The notes under the pieces are model-generated. The model saw nothing but the letters and a program-made list of their open reading frames with translations, was not told where the DNA came from and made no database searches. A stretch of DNA of 63,272 nt, filler included, from Lenisia limosa (lineage: Eukaryota > Protista > Breviatea), in the NCBI GenBank assembly GCA_001655205.1. It is 15 parts of 15 records of this genome, joined end to end, with 100 filler letters (N's around TTAATTAATTAA, not from the genome) between each part and the next. Parts side by side here need not be neighbours in the genome. Positions count along the whole stretch, not along the records: positions 24,161 to 28,455 come from LPNZ01010739.1; positions 28,556 to 31,012 come from LPNZ01003319.1; positions 31,113 to 35,230 come from LPNZ01005333.1; positions 35,331 to 42,814 come from LPNZ01001542.1; 11 more parts are not named here. One strand, 5' to 3'. A program made the translations under genes and the position numbers. This document shows, piece after piece, positions 26,991 through 39,900 of the stretch (position 1 is the stretch's first letter; each line of letters opens with the position of its first letter).

Positions 26991-28555
26991 AATTTCTCCT
27001 GGTTTGTTTTATGAAAATAATTGACAATTCTGAAAAAAAATAAGTTCCTGATATTGGGCTCCTATTTCAATATGTCTCACTTCAAATTTTGAATATGCAT
27101 GTTGCTATATATCGATGTGTTTTATTTTCCAATTAATTGCACAGAGTCGTAATTACTACTATATGTGAATAGGCACGTAGGAAGCTGTGTGTACAGAGTT
27201 GTTAAGCAAATGTTTTGTATTAATTGATAATCCAATATCTCTTAATTATGACGCCATATGCAACCTTTATATTTCACATTTCGACATATAATATGTATTA
27301 TATGATATCAAATACCATATATTGTGTAGTACTACATCTTTCGGTGTGTTTTTTTGTTTCTACCAATAATAAAACAATTCTTTCACTGTACTAAATACAT
27401 CTTTAACTGTTTTAGTCCGCAAAGACAGCTGGCAACATGAATGTGGGGCATTGTTGGGGGTAAAAGTGAAGTGGGTGAATCCTGGGGGAGGGGGGGAGGG
27501 GGGGAATAAAATTGGAACATTTATGAAGCAAAANNNNNNNNNNNNNNNNNNNNNNNNNNNNNNNNNNNNNNNNNNNNNNNNNNNNNNNNNNNNNNNNNNN
27601 NNNNNNNNNNNNNNNNNNNNNNNNNNNNNNNNNNNNNNNNNNNNNNNNNNNNNNNNNATTTGGTCTTAAGTGAATCCCCTTATTCCCGTTGTATTTTCAT
27701 GGGAAATATTATACTGTATTATGATTATTTTTACTTTGCATTTATTAACACTACTTTAAGCTAAAACGTCCACTTTAGAAATAAACAACCTTGTTTTACA
27801 GCTGCAACAGTATACTACTAGAAGTCCTTGTTTTCACCTGCTAAAGAGAGGTCTACTCGAGGATATTGTTGTGTACACCTTGAAGGAGAACCCTGCATAC
27901 AACGAGGAGACTGTCAGAGACAGTGGGGGGAGTATTTTGTGTGGTGGTGTGAGTTGTATACAGTATGTCATAGATATATATTATAGAATCTCAATATTAT
28001 TTCGTATCTATATTTTTGCTATAGTTAATTATTGCAATCCTGGAATATAGTATTGTATTATAGGAATATAATTCTGAATTATTATTTCTTGTATTATTAA
28101 GCTTTGAGGATGGATAGAATCAGGCGTTCTGCAACTTTACGTATGTATTAGTATCGTTTCATATATTATATTATATCGCAATTATGATGAAAAAAAAAAT
28201 GAAAAAAAAATGGTCCAATGTTCACGGTCAGGTGACGCACCTTACTACTTTTATATTAGCACGAATTATTATTATTTTAATCTAGGGGTTCGAGCTGGCG
28301 TCAGAAATGAAGTTAATCCAATCACGATCATCGCATCCTGGCTCAACGTCCTTCCGAATCTCAAGCTAGACACCCTATTAACTCGGCTGTTTGGCGAGGT
28401 CAGGGAGTATGAAGGTCCTGAGGCCCTTGTGCAGGACTTCTTGCAACTTCGAACANNNNNNNNNNNNNNNNNNNNNNNNNNNNNNNNNNNNNNNNNNNNT
28501 TAATTAATTAANNNNNNNNNNNNNNNNNNNNNNNNNNNNNNNNNNNNNNNNNNNN

Positions 28556-31012
28556 TGTTCAGGCCCCTGTGAAACTGGGGAGTATTGGGTGAACCGCATG
28601 AGTGTCATTCCTCGGGATGCCAATGGCGACGGTAGGTGGGGTATTTATTGAGGCTTTCTCGCTTTCTAAACTGCATACCCCGCGGTCGTCTTCTTATTTT
28701 TATCCACCATCGTCATTGTCCAAAGAGAATTGCCTGGGCGTTGTTTTTTTAACCCTTTGTGTGTGTTTCTCAAATATCGGCCACATTTCAAATTTTACTT
28801 TCCTGTAATTTCCTTCGTTTTACACCGTACATCAATAGTCTTCATCGAAGTTTTCTTCGTTTTACTTTGCCAGTTGTCTCTCACGGACACATGACCATGA
28901 AGCCTCGAGTTGCTGCAGGTGATGAAGACGGCCTTGTTGACATTGAATGTCGAACCCTTTCCGTAGGGGAGGTAGAAAGAGCAGGATCTTAGATAGGGAA
29001 TGTGTGAAGGACGTGTGAGAAGACTGGTTTATAGGGAGAGGCGAGGGTGTATAAAATGATAACTACTCCTTTCATAACACAAAAATCACTTCGTTTAGAG
29101 CAATAATACCTTTAGAGCTGTAACATCTTTTGAGCGATAACTCCTTTAGAGCTACAATATGGACGATGTATTTGAGTTTAACTGTCGCTTCAATTCTGCT
29201 GTACCTGGTGGGGGTGTCTGTGTTAGCCAACAGAGTTGAACTTTTNNNNNNNNNNNNNNNNNNNNNNNNNNNNNNNNNNNNNNNNNNNNNNNNNNNNNNN
29301 NNNNNNNNNNNNNNNNNNNNNNNNNNNNNNNNNNNNNNNNNNNNNNNNNNNNNNNNNNNNNNNNNNNNNNNNNNNNNNNNNNNNNNNNNNNGGTGCTAAC
29401 GAGGTTGTAACGTCGGACCCGATTTTGGTGTCAAAGTGGGGAGGGGTAATACGTAATGTATATATTTAGGGCTTCACTTCTGTTCGAAAAAGTACTGAAT
29501 TTCTCGATAAATCCTCGAAACTATAGATATTTCACCGGTTTTTTTGAACCGAAGTGAAGCCCAACGTATATGACATACTGATCGCGATTGTAAACACGCT
29601 TCAAGACTAATCCAGTAAAATGACTTATCACAGTCTCGGGACTAATAATAGCACNNNNNNNNNNNNNNNNNNNNNNNNNNNNNNNNNNNNNNNNNNNNNN
29701 NNNNNNNNNNNNNNNNNNNNNNNNNNNNNNNNNNNNNNNNNNNNNNNNNNNNNNNNNNNNNNNNNNNNNNNNNNNNNNNNNNNNNNNNNNNNNNNNNNNN
29801 NNNNNNNNNNNNNNNNNNNNNNNNNNNNNNNNNNNNNNNTTGTTACATAAATTATCCAATTCTCCTCCCATTCTCACCCCTCAGCACCACAGCAAACCTT
29901 GCCGACTCGACCGAGAGATGTGGCCGCATCAGCGTTGATTATATGCAGCCTGCTACATGGACTATGGGCGCATCGTTCAACTCTTCTGTGACCGTAGGGA
30001 GGGGAGTATGTAGCTCATCTTATTGTGGGGGGGAGGTACAGGTATCCTTCGATTTTGATTCCGCATTTTGATACCTTATAAAGTTCTATGCAATTGCCTA
30101 AGATATATAGCTATGCCAGAATCCCTTGATATTTGACCATGTTGACACCCTACCCTAGGTACATAATTTTATTACCCTAAATATTTATTCTAATCTTGCA
30201 GGTATACGACATAAACGGAAACGCTCTTGTAGGTACTTCCAGTGATCAGGTGGGGAGGGAGTCAGGTATCGGGTCATAGTTTTTTTTATGTTAAAAAGAG
30301 ATTTCCCCCATTTTCTTACATCTGAGGATCCGACGTAGTCTCTTAACGTGTTTTATGATATTTCAATTGTACACCCACATTCCTCTTTACCCTAATGTCA
30401 AATACCCTTATACACGCTACTGCATTTTACATCCATCTTAGGTCTGTTTTGGCGCGCGAAGTGATGAGCTTGTCGCCAATTTGGTGGAAATTAACCCAGA
30501 GAAAGCCATTGTACCATTCCAGTGTAGTCCTATTGATGCACTTGTAGGCGGATGGTGATGGATGCAGCAGTGTGTGGTTTCGTTTTAGTTATTGTTATGA
30601 TTTTGGGATTAGAAATTCGTCCATTGTCTTTGTAATTACTGATTACAAATTGTTTTACTCTTTTACTTTCAAGGAGAAAAAATGCACAATCTGGTATTTG
30701 AGTTAATGATTTATATCTTCCCCCTTATTACTTACGATATAGGGCAAAGCAGTGTTCAACTTCTCTTTGAGTACCGAATTGATCAGTATGATGGTTACCT
30801 TCAAGGGCATTGTGTTATCATCCCTTTTGTTTTTTTTGTCTTGATTTTGGGCCTTTTATTATTATTTTTTTTTAAGTCATAAATTTTCCGATTTTGCTTT
30901 CTCCCATTACCTCCGCAGTCGGCTATAACGTTGAAAGTGAAATCAGTTCCGCATACTTCTTCCAAAACTTCGAAGCCGATAGTACCCTTGACGGCGTATT
31001 CATGTGAGGGGG
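28556..31012 (+). CDS. Unknown multi-exon protein, possibly surface or Ig/filamin-like
   Basis: Exons ETGEYWVNRMSVIPRDANGD, SYNMDDVFEFNCRFNSAVP, TTANLADSTERCGRISVDYMQPATWTMGASFNSSVT, VYDINGNALVGTSSDQ and VGYNVESEISSAYFFQNFEADSTLDGVF. The xxRDANG and VYDINGN motifs recall Ig-like beta-sandwich repeats (weak). Confidence 0.4.
29467..29563. mobile_element. hAT-type MITE family A
   Basis: TAGGGCTTCACTTC...GAACCGAAGTGAAGCCCAA with family A core; no clear TSD. Confidence 0.8.
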
Positions 31013-33178
31013 NNNNNNNNNNNNNNNNNNNNNNNNNNNNNNNNNNNNNNNNNNNNTTAATTAATTAANNNNNNNNNNNNNNNNNNNNNNNNNNNNNNNN
31101 NNNNNNNNNNNNGTCTGTAATGAAGCGGCGATGTGCTTTTTGGAGATGGACTGATGAGAATATGATCGCAAAGTCACCATCGGTGTCAATGCAGAGAAAG
31201 GCATCGCGAGGGAGAGCGTCGGTGGTTCCAATCTGGTTGTGGTAGTGATCTCTTTGACATTTAAATACCCAACTCCTTCTGCTAGGTTAGATTTCGAAGG
31301 CTTATTGCCTCTCGACCAGGACTTCAGTTGGTCTTTGCTGNNNNNNNNNNNNNNNNNNNNNNNNNNNNNNNNNNNNNNNNNNNNNNNNNNNNNNNNNNNN
31401 NNNNNNNNNNNNNNNNNNNNNNNNNNNNNNNNNNNNNNNNNNNNNNNNNNNNNNNNNNNNNNNNNNNNNNNNNNNNNNNNNNNNNNNNNNNNNNNNNNNN
31501 NNNNNNNNNNNNNNNNNNNNNNNNNNNNNNNNNNNNNNNNNNNNNNNNNNNNNNNNNNNNNNNNNNNNNNNNNNNNNNNNNNNNNAACTTCAACAAAAGA
31601 ATGGAAAGATGATTTACGTTTTTAAGGATTTTTTTTTTATTGGGTTTGATAGGGTTTAGCCGGTCCTGCATATTACAAGCATGATGGTGTGGACGGTTTC
31701 GGTCAGATACAACTTGTTTTTTTATTTCTCATTGCTCTATGGTGTGATGTTTACACATACTCGATTTATATTCTTTTCCAAAACAAGGTCTTTTGGTGTG
31801 TTCTTGAAGGCAAACAGAAAGTTGTGTGCTCAGATTCTTCTAGCAAACGATTCAGTGAATTAATATCTTTTATCAGATTGATAATGTGGGCCTAGGCTAG
31901 TTAATACCTTGTGTTTTAGTTCTCATTTCTACGTTATGCATATTAATCACCAAACACTTCCTCTCACCTATTTTAGAGAGTTTTCGCACTTTATAGAGTT
32001 CAACTTTCTCACAACGCTCCTTCTTGACGCNNNNNNNNNNGGTGATATGATATGTTTGCCCATATCCACATGTAATATGATTATATGTATGTCCGACTTT
32101 TGAGTCGAAAGTATGCTTCAAATATGCAGCAATCTGACAACTTCTGTACACAAAAACTGAAATGAAAGAAATACTTTGCCAAACAATACTCATTCGAAAT
32201 ACTGTTTTTTTTATGGATTTTTTTTTGTTTTCTTTTTTGTGTCATTAGTTGCTCGTGTTTGTTATTGCTTGTTTTTGGTTTGTTGTTTGTTTGGAGTTTC
32301 AGATATATGGTTCGTGATTAGTACCTTTACGCCAATATTCTTCATCGAAGTCTTCGTTTTACTCCCCCCCCCCCNNNNNNNNNNAACAAATATTTTTTTT
32401 ATACGTGTGATTGGTTTTTGGCAGTTGTTTTAGGCTAATCGGGTATTCCTTTTTGCCAGCAATTTGAAAACAAAGGAAAATTAAGTCTGGATGAATATGA
32501 GAGCTTCAACAGTTATATTGGTTGAAATTCCTTCATGTTACAAAACTCCTTTATTTACGGTTTAGTGGCTTTGAAAAACATGGTCAACACCAATTGCCAT
32601 TTAGGAGGTATTTGAGAAGGGGTACCATTGGATGATATGATATGTTTGCCCATATCCACAAGTGATATGGTAATATGTCCGACTTTTGAGTCGAAAGAAT
32701 GAAAGTGTGCTTCAAATATGCAGTGATCTGACAACTTCTGTCGTTCTTTCATTTCACCTATCGCTTTATTCGAAATACTGTTTCTCTTTGAGTGTTATTT
32801 TTTCATATTATTCTTCCATCCCCTCCCCTCTCCCTTTCATGTTTTGTGTTTTCAAACCTGTTGTGTTTTTTTTTCATTTTTTTTCATCATTAAGCTTGAG
32901 TAGATTTTTGGATTTTGTTTTGTTTTCTTTTTGTGTCATTAGTTGCTCGTGTTTGTTATTGCTTGTTTTGGTTTGTTGTTTGTTTGGAGTTTCAGATTAT
33001 ATGGTTCGTGCTTTACCCCAATATTCTTCATCGAATTCTTCGTTTTACTCCCCCCCCCCCCNNNNNNNNNNGCTCCCTATTCGGGTCTTGTGAAAGTAAA
33101 AACACAGATTGCCATGTCTAACGTGGGCTAGTATGACGAATTGTTGCGTGTTTTTTCATTAGCTTTGACACTTGTGGG

Positions 33179-33263
33179 TAGAGCTTCACTTTCGGTTCCA
33201 CAAAAGACTGAATCCTTGATTACGATATTTTCCCGGTCTTTTGGAACCGAAAGTGAAGCTCTA
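33179..33263. mobile_element. hAT-type MITE family A
   Basis: Perfect TIR TAGAGCTTCACTTTCGGTTCCA / TGGAACCGAAAGTGAAGCTCTA; flanks CTTGTGGG / CTTGTGGA. Confidence 0.9.
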
Positions 33264-36088
33264 CTTGTGGAAATCTACTTAGTTACATTATCATCTTTTA
33301 GATTGAAAATGGAGTTAGTTCGTTTAACACCTCCAAAATCCTCGCTCCTCTTGTTTTCAGTGGACAGGAGGTAAGCAGGTAACTAGCAGTTAGGGCTCCG
33401 TGCAATTAATTTCTTGAGGAAATAAGTTGACAAAATATTAAATTTTAAGTTCCTGAAATGGAGTTCCCGTTTCAATATCACACCGTTCATAAATATGTGT
33501 TTTGTTAACTAAATGTGTTTCTTTTCGAGAGTTGCAAAAACAGTGCTTGGAGTCTCAAAATGAATAAGTAAACCTAGTTATGTAACAAATACACAAGTTG
33601 CAAGATGTATACATGTTTAAACCAACTTTCTGATGAACAAAGACAACACAAGGGTTCATCCTTGGTTTATCAGAGGATCATTGTGATTTGTTGGTCATTT
33701 ATCATTGCATGGGAAATGACAGTAACTTGTGAATGACCCGAAAAGTGATATGGTAGATGTAAATAATACGACTGTCCAAAACCTCTTTGAGCAAAAAGAC
33801 ATTCTTCTATCCAAAACCTCTTTAAGCAAAAAGACATTCTTCATTATAGTTGGCAGTTTTTGCTTTCTTAATGGTCCCTAGCTTAAAAAGTTTTGTTGAG
33901 GGGTATGGTGATTTTATTTTAACCACAAAGGGATTCCTGCCCTGCCTTGAGACAAGACTCGAAGGTTTTTTGAGCTACATGCAGATCAGAGATCAATACA
34001 ACCCTTGGAATGTTGGATGGGTGATGTAACGTCCCTCTGCTCAAATCAACAATAAGTCCTCTGTTTTTCACATATGAAGCTATTCGGGATATGATTCTGT
34101 GGGTTTTGTGAGGCTTTTTGTTTTTTGATTCTTTTTTAGGATGCACGAAGTAGAACGGTCTTATCCGTCCAAGGTTGCCTCAAGCCGGCGCCTTACATCC
34201 TGATATATGTTGGGTTGATTTCTTCTTTATCCATTATTGTTTACTTTTATTAATTTGTTTCATTGTATTTTATGTTAATTTGATACAGTATTTCAACCAA
34301 GACATAGTTTTAGCGATGAATAATGTTGTATTCTATCCCACAGTTGCTTATCTCATTTTAAACCGCATTTTTTTTTATTATGTCCGTATTTGATAGCAAT
34401 TCCAATATCTCTAATAAGCGTGATGGTGTGGATGGTTTCGGTCAGATACCACTGTCTTTTATTACACTGAGCGCAATAAGTCCTGTCACGGATATTGAAC
34501 TATGTATATTTAGTCAATCGTGTCAAGACTTATCTCGTCACTGTACAGAATTAAGCAGATCCGTNNNNNNNNNNTGATGTAGGAGCTGCCATTCTTGAGG
34601 CTGGATGCTTCAAAAGTCGTTGAGGGTTGGTGGGAATACCCTAGGCTTGAGGCGTGAAAATGTGATTATTCAAGCAAGGCAGAAAAGCAATTTTCCGTAG
34701 AGTGAAAGTAATGTTTTTTACTAGGGTACTATTGAGTGGACTTGTTTGAGTGGAAGGGATTTCTTATTGCTAATTGCAGGTAAGTTGAATGTGACCACCG
34801 ACATCACCATGACATTATTACCGGAATTCATGCGCGTAAGAGGGGGTCAAGACTTCTCCTTTGACTTCTCGTTTCTATTACTTCCATCGCATTTAACGAA
34901 AAATCAAATTTTTAGCAGTTCAATTCAGTTCAGTTCTTTGACTACTGTCTTGTCGTTTCCAACTTCACTCCAGCAATACTGATGGATACATAGGTGGTGA
35001 ACACTACCGATCTTATTGCCGGGGATAAGACACTGTTTCCATCGTGCCCTGGCCCTGACCTTCCTGAAAAAGCGATATTCTTCTCATGTAGGCTTCCTGC
35101 GACCTGCTAAATTGAAAGCAGCTGTATTATTATAGTATGATACTATGATTTATATTATAGCTACATGTAGTATATATGCTAGGCAACCTAAACTCCGTAT
35201 TTTATTCAAAACTCCGTATTCTATTTTTATNNNNNNNNNNNNNNNNNNNNNNNNNNNNNNNNNNNNNNNNNNNNTTAATTAATTAANNNNNNNNNNNNNN
35301 NNNNNNNNNNNNNNNNNNNNNNNNNNNNNNCCCCCCACCCCGATCCCCCTCCATAAATCCTGTTCTTGCTTCTCAGAAAAGATACCGCTAGTATTACAGC
35401 AAGGAAGGTTGATGGTCTGAATATGGCGCTCCGCAACCACTTACCTTTGGGCCTTTTCTTTGGTTCTGCTTGTGTTCCATAGTGCTAGAATTGGCCTCAG
35501 TCGCTCCTTTCACACTGGGGGAAACTCGTTTGGAAAAAGGGAAAATCGGGATTCTGAGAGGTTTACGATCAATATGCTTCTACCCTCCTTACTAAGATAT
35601 TAAATATTAAAAAAAACAATTAGGCGCTTAACGAGCGTTTATTAAAGAGAGAAAGCGAACTGGAGGAAATTAGTTTATATATTCAAAGAACTTGGGGTGG
35701 TATCTTAACCTTGTTTTACAGTTATCAAGCCGCCCCCTGGCACTCCCTTTTCCTTTTTTCTATAGGAAAATATAAATAAATAACAACTTAATCAGATATT
35801 TAGACAGTGACACAGCTTTAAGAAGACTGACTAGAATACTCAGTTACCCGCATCTCACTTCTCAGTCTTCTCCTCAAAGGTATGTTTTGGCTGGATCAGA
35901 AGCCTTTTCAATCGTCAAAGAAAGATTTTTTATTCTCTACACGTTTTGATAATCATTTGTATTTCACCTCGCTCATGAATCATGAGGGAATATGTGACTG
36001 CTGTTGCCATACATTTTTGCTTGTAATTTTGATGTACTATTTTTTTTTTGTTTTGTTTTCATCACATGTAACTAAGATAGGATACGTC

Positions 36089-36925
36089 ATGAAGATCAAG
36101 CTGGAGTTTCTGTGAGCTTGAATACTTAGTAACTTATCATATCGCTTATAAGAGATATTGGATTATAGTATAATATTAATTCATCCAATCATTTGTCTTT
36201 CAACTCTGTGCACACAGCTTTCTGCGTGCCTCCCCAGCATACCATCATACCTAAGTCAATACCACCATAAAAGTTATCTCTCAAACCCTACGAGTCAAAA
36301 TAAGGCTGCCTAAAACTAACACGTTGGTGATTTTATTCACACAATTATCTTTTTTCTCTTACCCTTTAGTGGAGGTTGTGAAGAAGTTTTCTCTGCCGAC
36401 TCACTTACTGTAAGCAGAATTAGAGTTTACTTTGGCGCAAGGAATGAATAGAAACTATTGGCTTTGAGAAAATCAGCCTTTTCCAACACCAGAAGAGAAC
36501 TCTAAGCCCTGATTTTGAAATACCAAGATTTTCACTTCTTCCCTAACGTCACAGATGGAGGCCGAAGAAGGCACTGTGTTGAGAGATTTCCTGCCGAAGG
36601 TATGGAACTGTTAAATCGAAAAGAGAGCAAACATAAAACGATATATGATATGTTTTCTTAAATTGGAAATTTCACTGGGTGGGTCTCATTGCTTAGGTTG
36701 CTCTCAAAATGACAGACCCCCGAATGGACATGTTCATGAATGGTGATGAGCTGTTGGTGGGATTCTAATGCGCCAACTTAGATTAATTGCTTTATCTGAC
36801 GTTGTAGAATTGCAGGTATGCTGGTTTTGATCAACGAGATCGACTGGGACCTTTGCGACACCTACGACTACATCTTGGAAGACAACGACACCGTCACGTT
36901 CATGTCTACCATCCATGGCGGATAG
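36089..36925 (+). CDS. URM1: Ubiquitin-related modifier Urm1, 5 exons
   Basis: Spliced product MKIKLEFL-GGCEEVFSADSLT-MEAEEGTVLRDFLPK-VALKMTDPRMDMFMNGDEL-IAGMLVLINEIDWDLCDTYDYILEDNDTVTFMSTIHGG*. Matches the Urm1 GxLVLINxxDW and STxHGG C-terminus. Confidence 0.95.
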
Positions 36926-36996
36926 ACTACTAAACCATGGTCTCTTAGGTAATGGTACTCTCTTTATTTATCGTGGTTAAGACCACTTAAGAACGT

Positions 36997-39900
36997 TTAT
37001 AGGTCACATGAGTTAATTGTGGTGGAAGCGGTGCTGGTGGTGACTTTCGAGAAGATGGTATCCTTGGCTGGCTCCAAAGTGTACACAACGTTGTCAGACA
37101 AGGATGCCGACTACCAGTGTTAATAGGAGAAAACAAACAGAAGTGACTTTGAACTTTTATCATAAATTTTCATTATAAAATTAGAAATGGTGGAGTGTTT
37201 GTGTATGTGGGAGATGGGCATTGCCTTTGTTGTTTAACAAAAAAAAAACAACCTCCTCCCCGCAAGGTTCAAGGGATCATAATAGACAATCCTCCTCCCC
37301 GCAAGATCATAATAGTTGCAAACTTCAGCAAACCGAAGCCTACATATTTGTTGGTAGATAGTCCTGCTATTTCTGAGGAACTTAGAACTTTGTTGTAGAT
37401 CCTCGTCTACAAGATGAGATTTCTCAAAGAACAGACAAGGCAGCCAGATATGTAATATACAGTGACCGGGATAAGTCTTGACCGATTTGCTATTGCATTT
37501 CCCAAGAAAAAATCGGTCAAGACTTATCCTGGTCACTGTATTTGATATAATATGTCTCATTTGTACTAATAATAATGTACTATGTACCATTTGAAATAAT
37601 ATACTATCTAATGCAGAATTATATCATAGTCCAAACTTATTGTATTTATTCAATCCACAATACAATGCATATTAAACTTGTAATACAACAATATGAGAAT
37701 CGCACCAAGAGATTTTGATAAGGAAGACATTGTACCGTCCACGTGCTTCCCCAATCATACATAGAAGAGAGTTTCCTTTTCCTGAAGACCAATTCCTGCA
37801 ATTGAGGTTCCCGGGTAGGCTGATGTCATATACGCCCCGAAAGATGCTCTCTACACAATGAGCCGCCTTACTTTCATACCTGGTGTAAATTCATCAGATA
37901 CTCTGTAACAAAATAAGAGAAGTGGAGTATGTTGTGTGTTGTTAAAAACTTTTTATCATATGCTATGAACAGTTGTACCTGAAACTGTCTATGGAAGTGC
38001 ACCCATTTCACCACTTCCCTCGCACACACAGCGTGGTTGCATAGTCGCAAACCAAATGAACACTTGAGCCTACCACGTCGGTTGCAAACCAAATGAACAC
38101 TCGAGCTTACCACGTCGGTTGAGGGAATCAGAGAGTTGTAGTTGAAGGCCAGCACGTGTTTTCCGTTGTGGTAAATGTTTGCCTTGATATGGTCATATGA
38201 TTGTCTTAATTTTGTGACATGCAGGGTGAAAAGGTACAGAGAAACAAAAACATCTCCCTATGTCCTGTCACTACAGTCTAAAAGTGGCAACAACAAAGAG
38301 CATTAGTGTTGCTATATAAATCCTTAGCGAACCGCCGTAGTTCCGTCACATGTGATCACAATGTGGAGGGGTGCATCCATTGCTGGATTGATAAAATAGA
38401 AGATTATGTTGATCAAATGAATTCACTTCACTTGAACATATTAGCCATATAATTAACTGATCGTTTGAGAGAGGTAGAGCAAAATCTTGCCACTCCCACA
38501 CATACGAGTTGAAAGAGACAGAGCCTTCTCATTGCCATTGCTATATATACTATAAACTGTCTACAATTGTGATGGCAGTTCCAAAATAATCAATATAAAA
38601 ATCATCATTTTGACACTGTTTTTTTTTAACTTCAAAAGAAGCAGATTGTGGCGCATAAAAACCTATCTTACGGTGACATCATCTCTATAATCCAACTTTT
38701 ACAAAATTTCAAATAATATGTTCAGCTTTTGTTCTTTTATGTCAATAGTAATTACGTTTATAACACCACCTCGAAACCGTAGAAGTTAGACTCAGTTGTA
38801 TTTCTATTTGTTATTTGACAGATTACCCCTTTATAACCTTTATAACTGCTTTTGGAAAAAGGCTAAAAACTACGCTACTGGAAATGTTACCCCCAAACTG
38901 ATGTGAATCTAAAGATAGTGTGGTATCTCTGGGCAGATGATTGTGTAGTCAAAAAGTGGAAATCACCATACCCGCCCGAACTTGGGAACAGGTATGCCTA
39001 GAGCTTTATTAAGATTTCTTAGAAGAAAAAAAAGGTGACATCTAACCATCACGCTTTTGCACCACGGATTAGGATGTAGTTAGAATTGCAGACCAAATAT
39101 ACTATATATCATATTATATGATATATTATAAACACCTACTATGCAGCCTAAAACACCAATAATATGCAGCCTAAAACAGTAATCTCCCTTTAGTGACTGC
39201 GATAAGTCCTGTTTCTGCTGAAGTGAGGCCCAACCAACTTCAACGGACCAAGATAGTGGCCATGTAAACTGCTCATTGTAGTAACCGTTTAGATAAGAAC
39301 CGCCATTGCGAACGCCATCCAAACACTAGAGTCTTAATACTTCTCGAAATCGAATATTTAATGAGTGAGAAGGTGGTATCAACGTACTATATATGCAGAT
39401 ATCATATGTGTATATGTACATAATATACAATGTAAAACTCAAAAAACAAATAACTAATTTATCGTTCTCACAGAAGATGGTCGAAATTGTATACGTTAAA
39501 ATAAATAGTCGGATATTGTAGACGTTACATGTACTCTAACAAAAATACTAAAGGTGGTCGGTTGATAGGGTCATTTTTGGATTTTAACTTCCTCTGGCAA
39601 TTTTCATTACAGTATATGTTGCAAATAAATGAGCACAAGAAAGGGAAGGTCTCACAAGCAGGCTCAGAGCACAAAATTAGTCGAAAGGTGGCGTTCCTTT
39701 GCGCTGCCAATTTATTCAGCGGATTAAGCCCTCTTTACAGCTCTTGGTTGAATAAGTTCTTTAGTTATGAAAGTGGAGAGTGTGTTCTTAGTTATTTTTG
39801 TTCATGTTACAATCATTTTCCAAATGAGAGCGCAATTTGCACTCTACACACCTTAACACTGTACACACACTTACCATTTCTGACGCTGTCACATAGACCA

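Noticed and set aside
30042-30050. GTATCCTTC, a U12-type donor-like motif
   Set aside because: It lies inside an intron already opened at about 29994, and no U12 branch motif is seen downstream.
2194-36925. tRNA-modification cluster (TRM1 + URM1)
   Set aside because: They lie on different contigs separated by artificial spacers.
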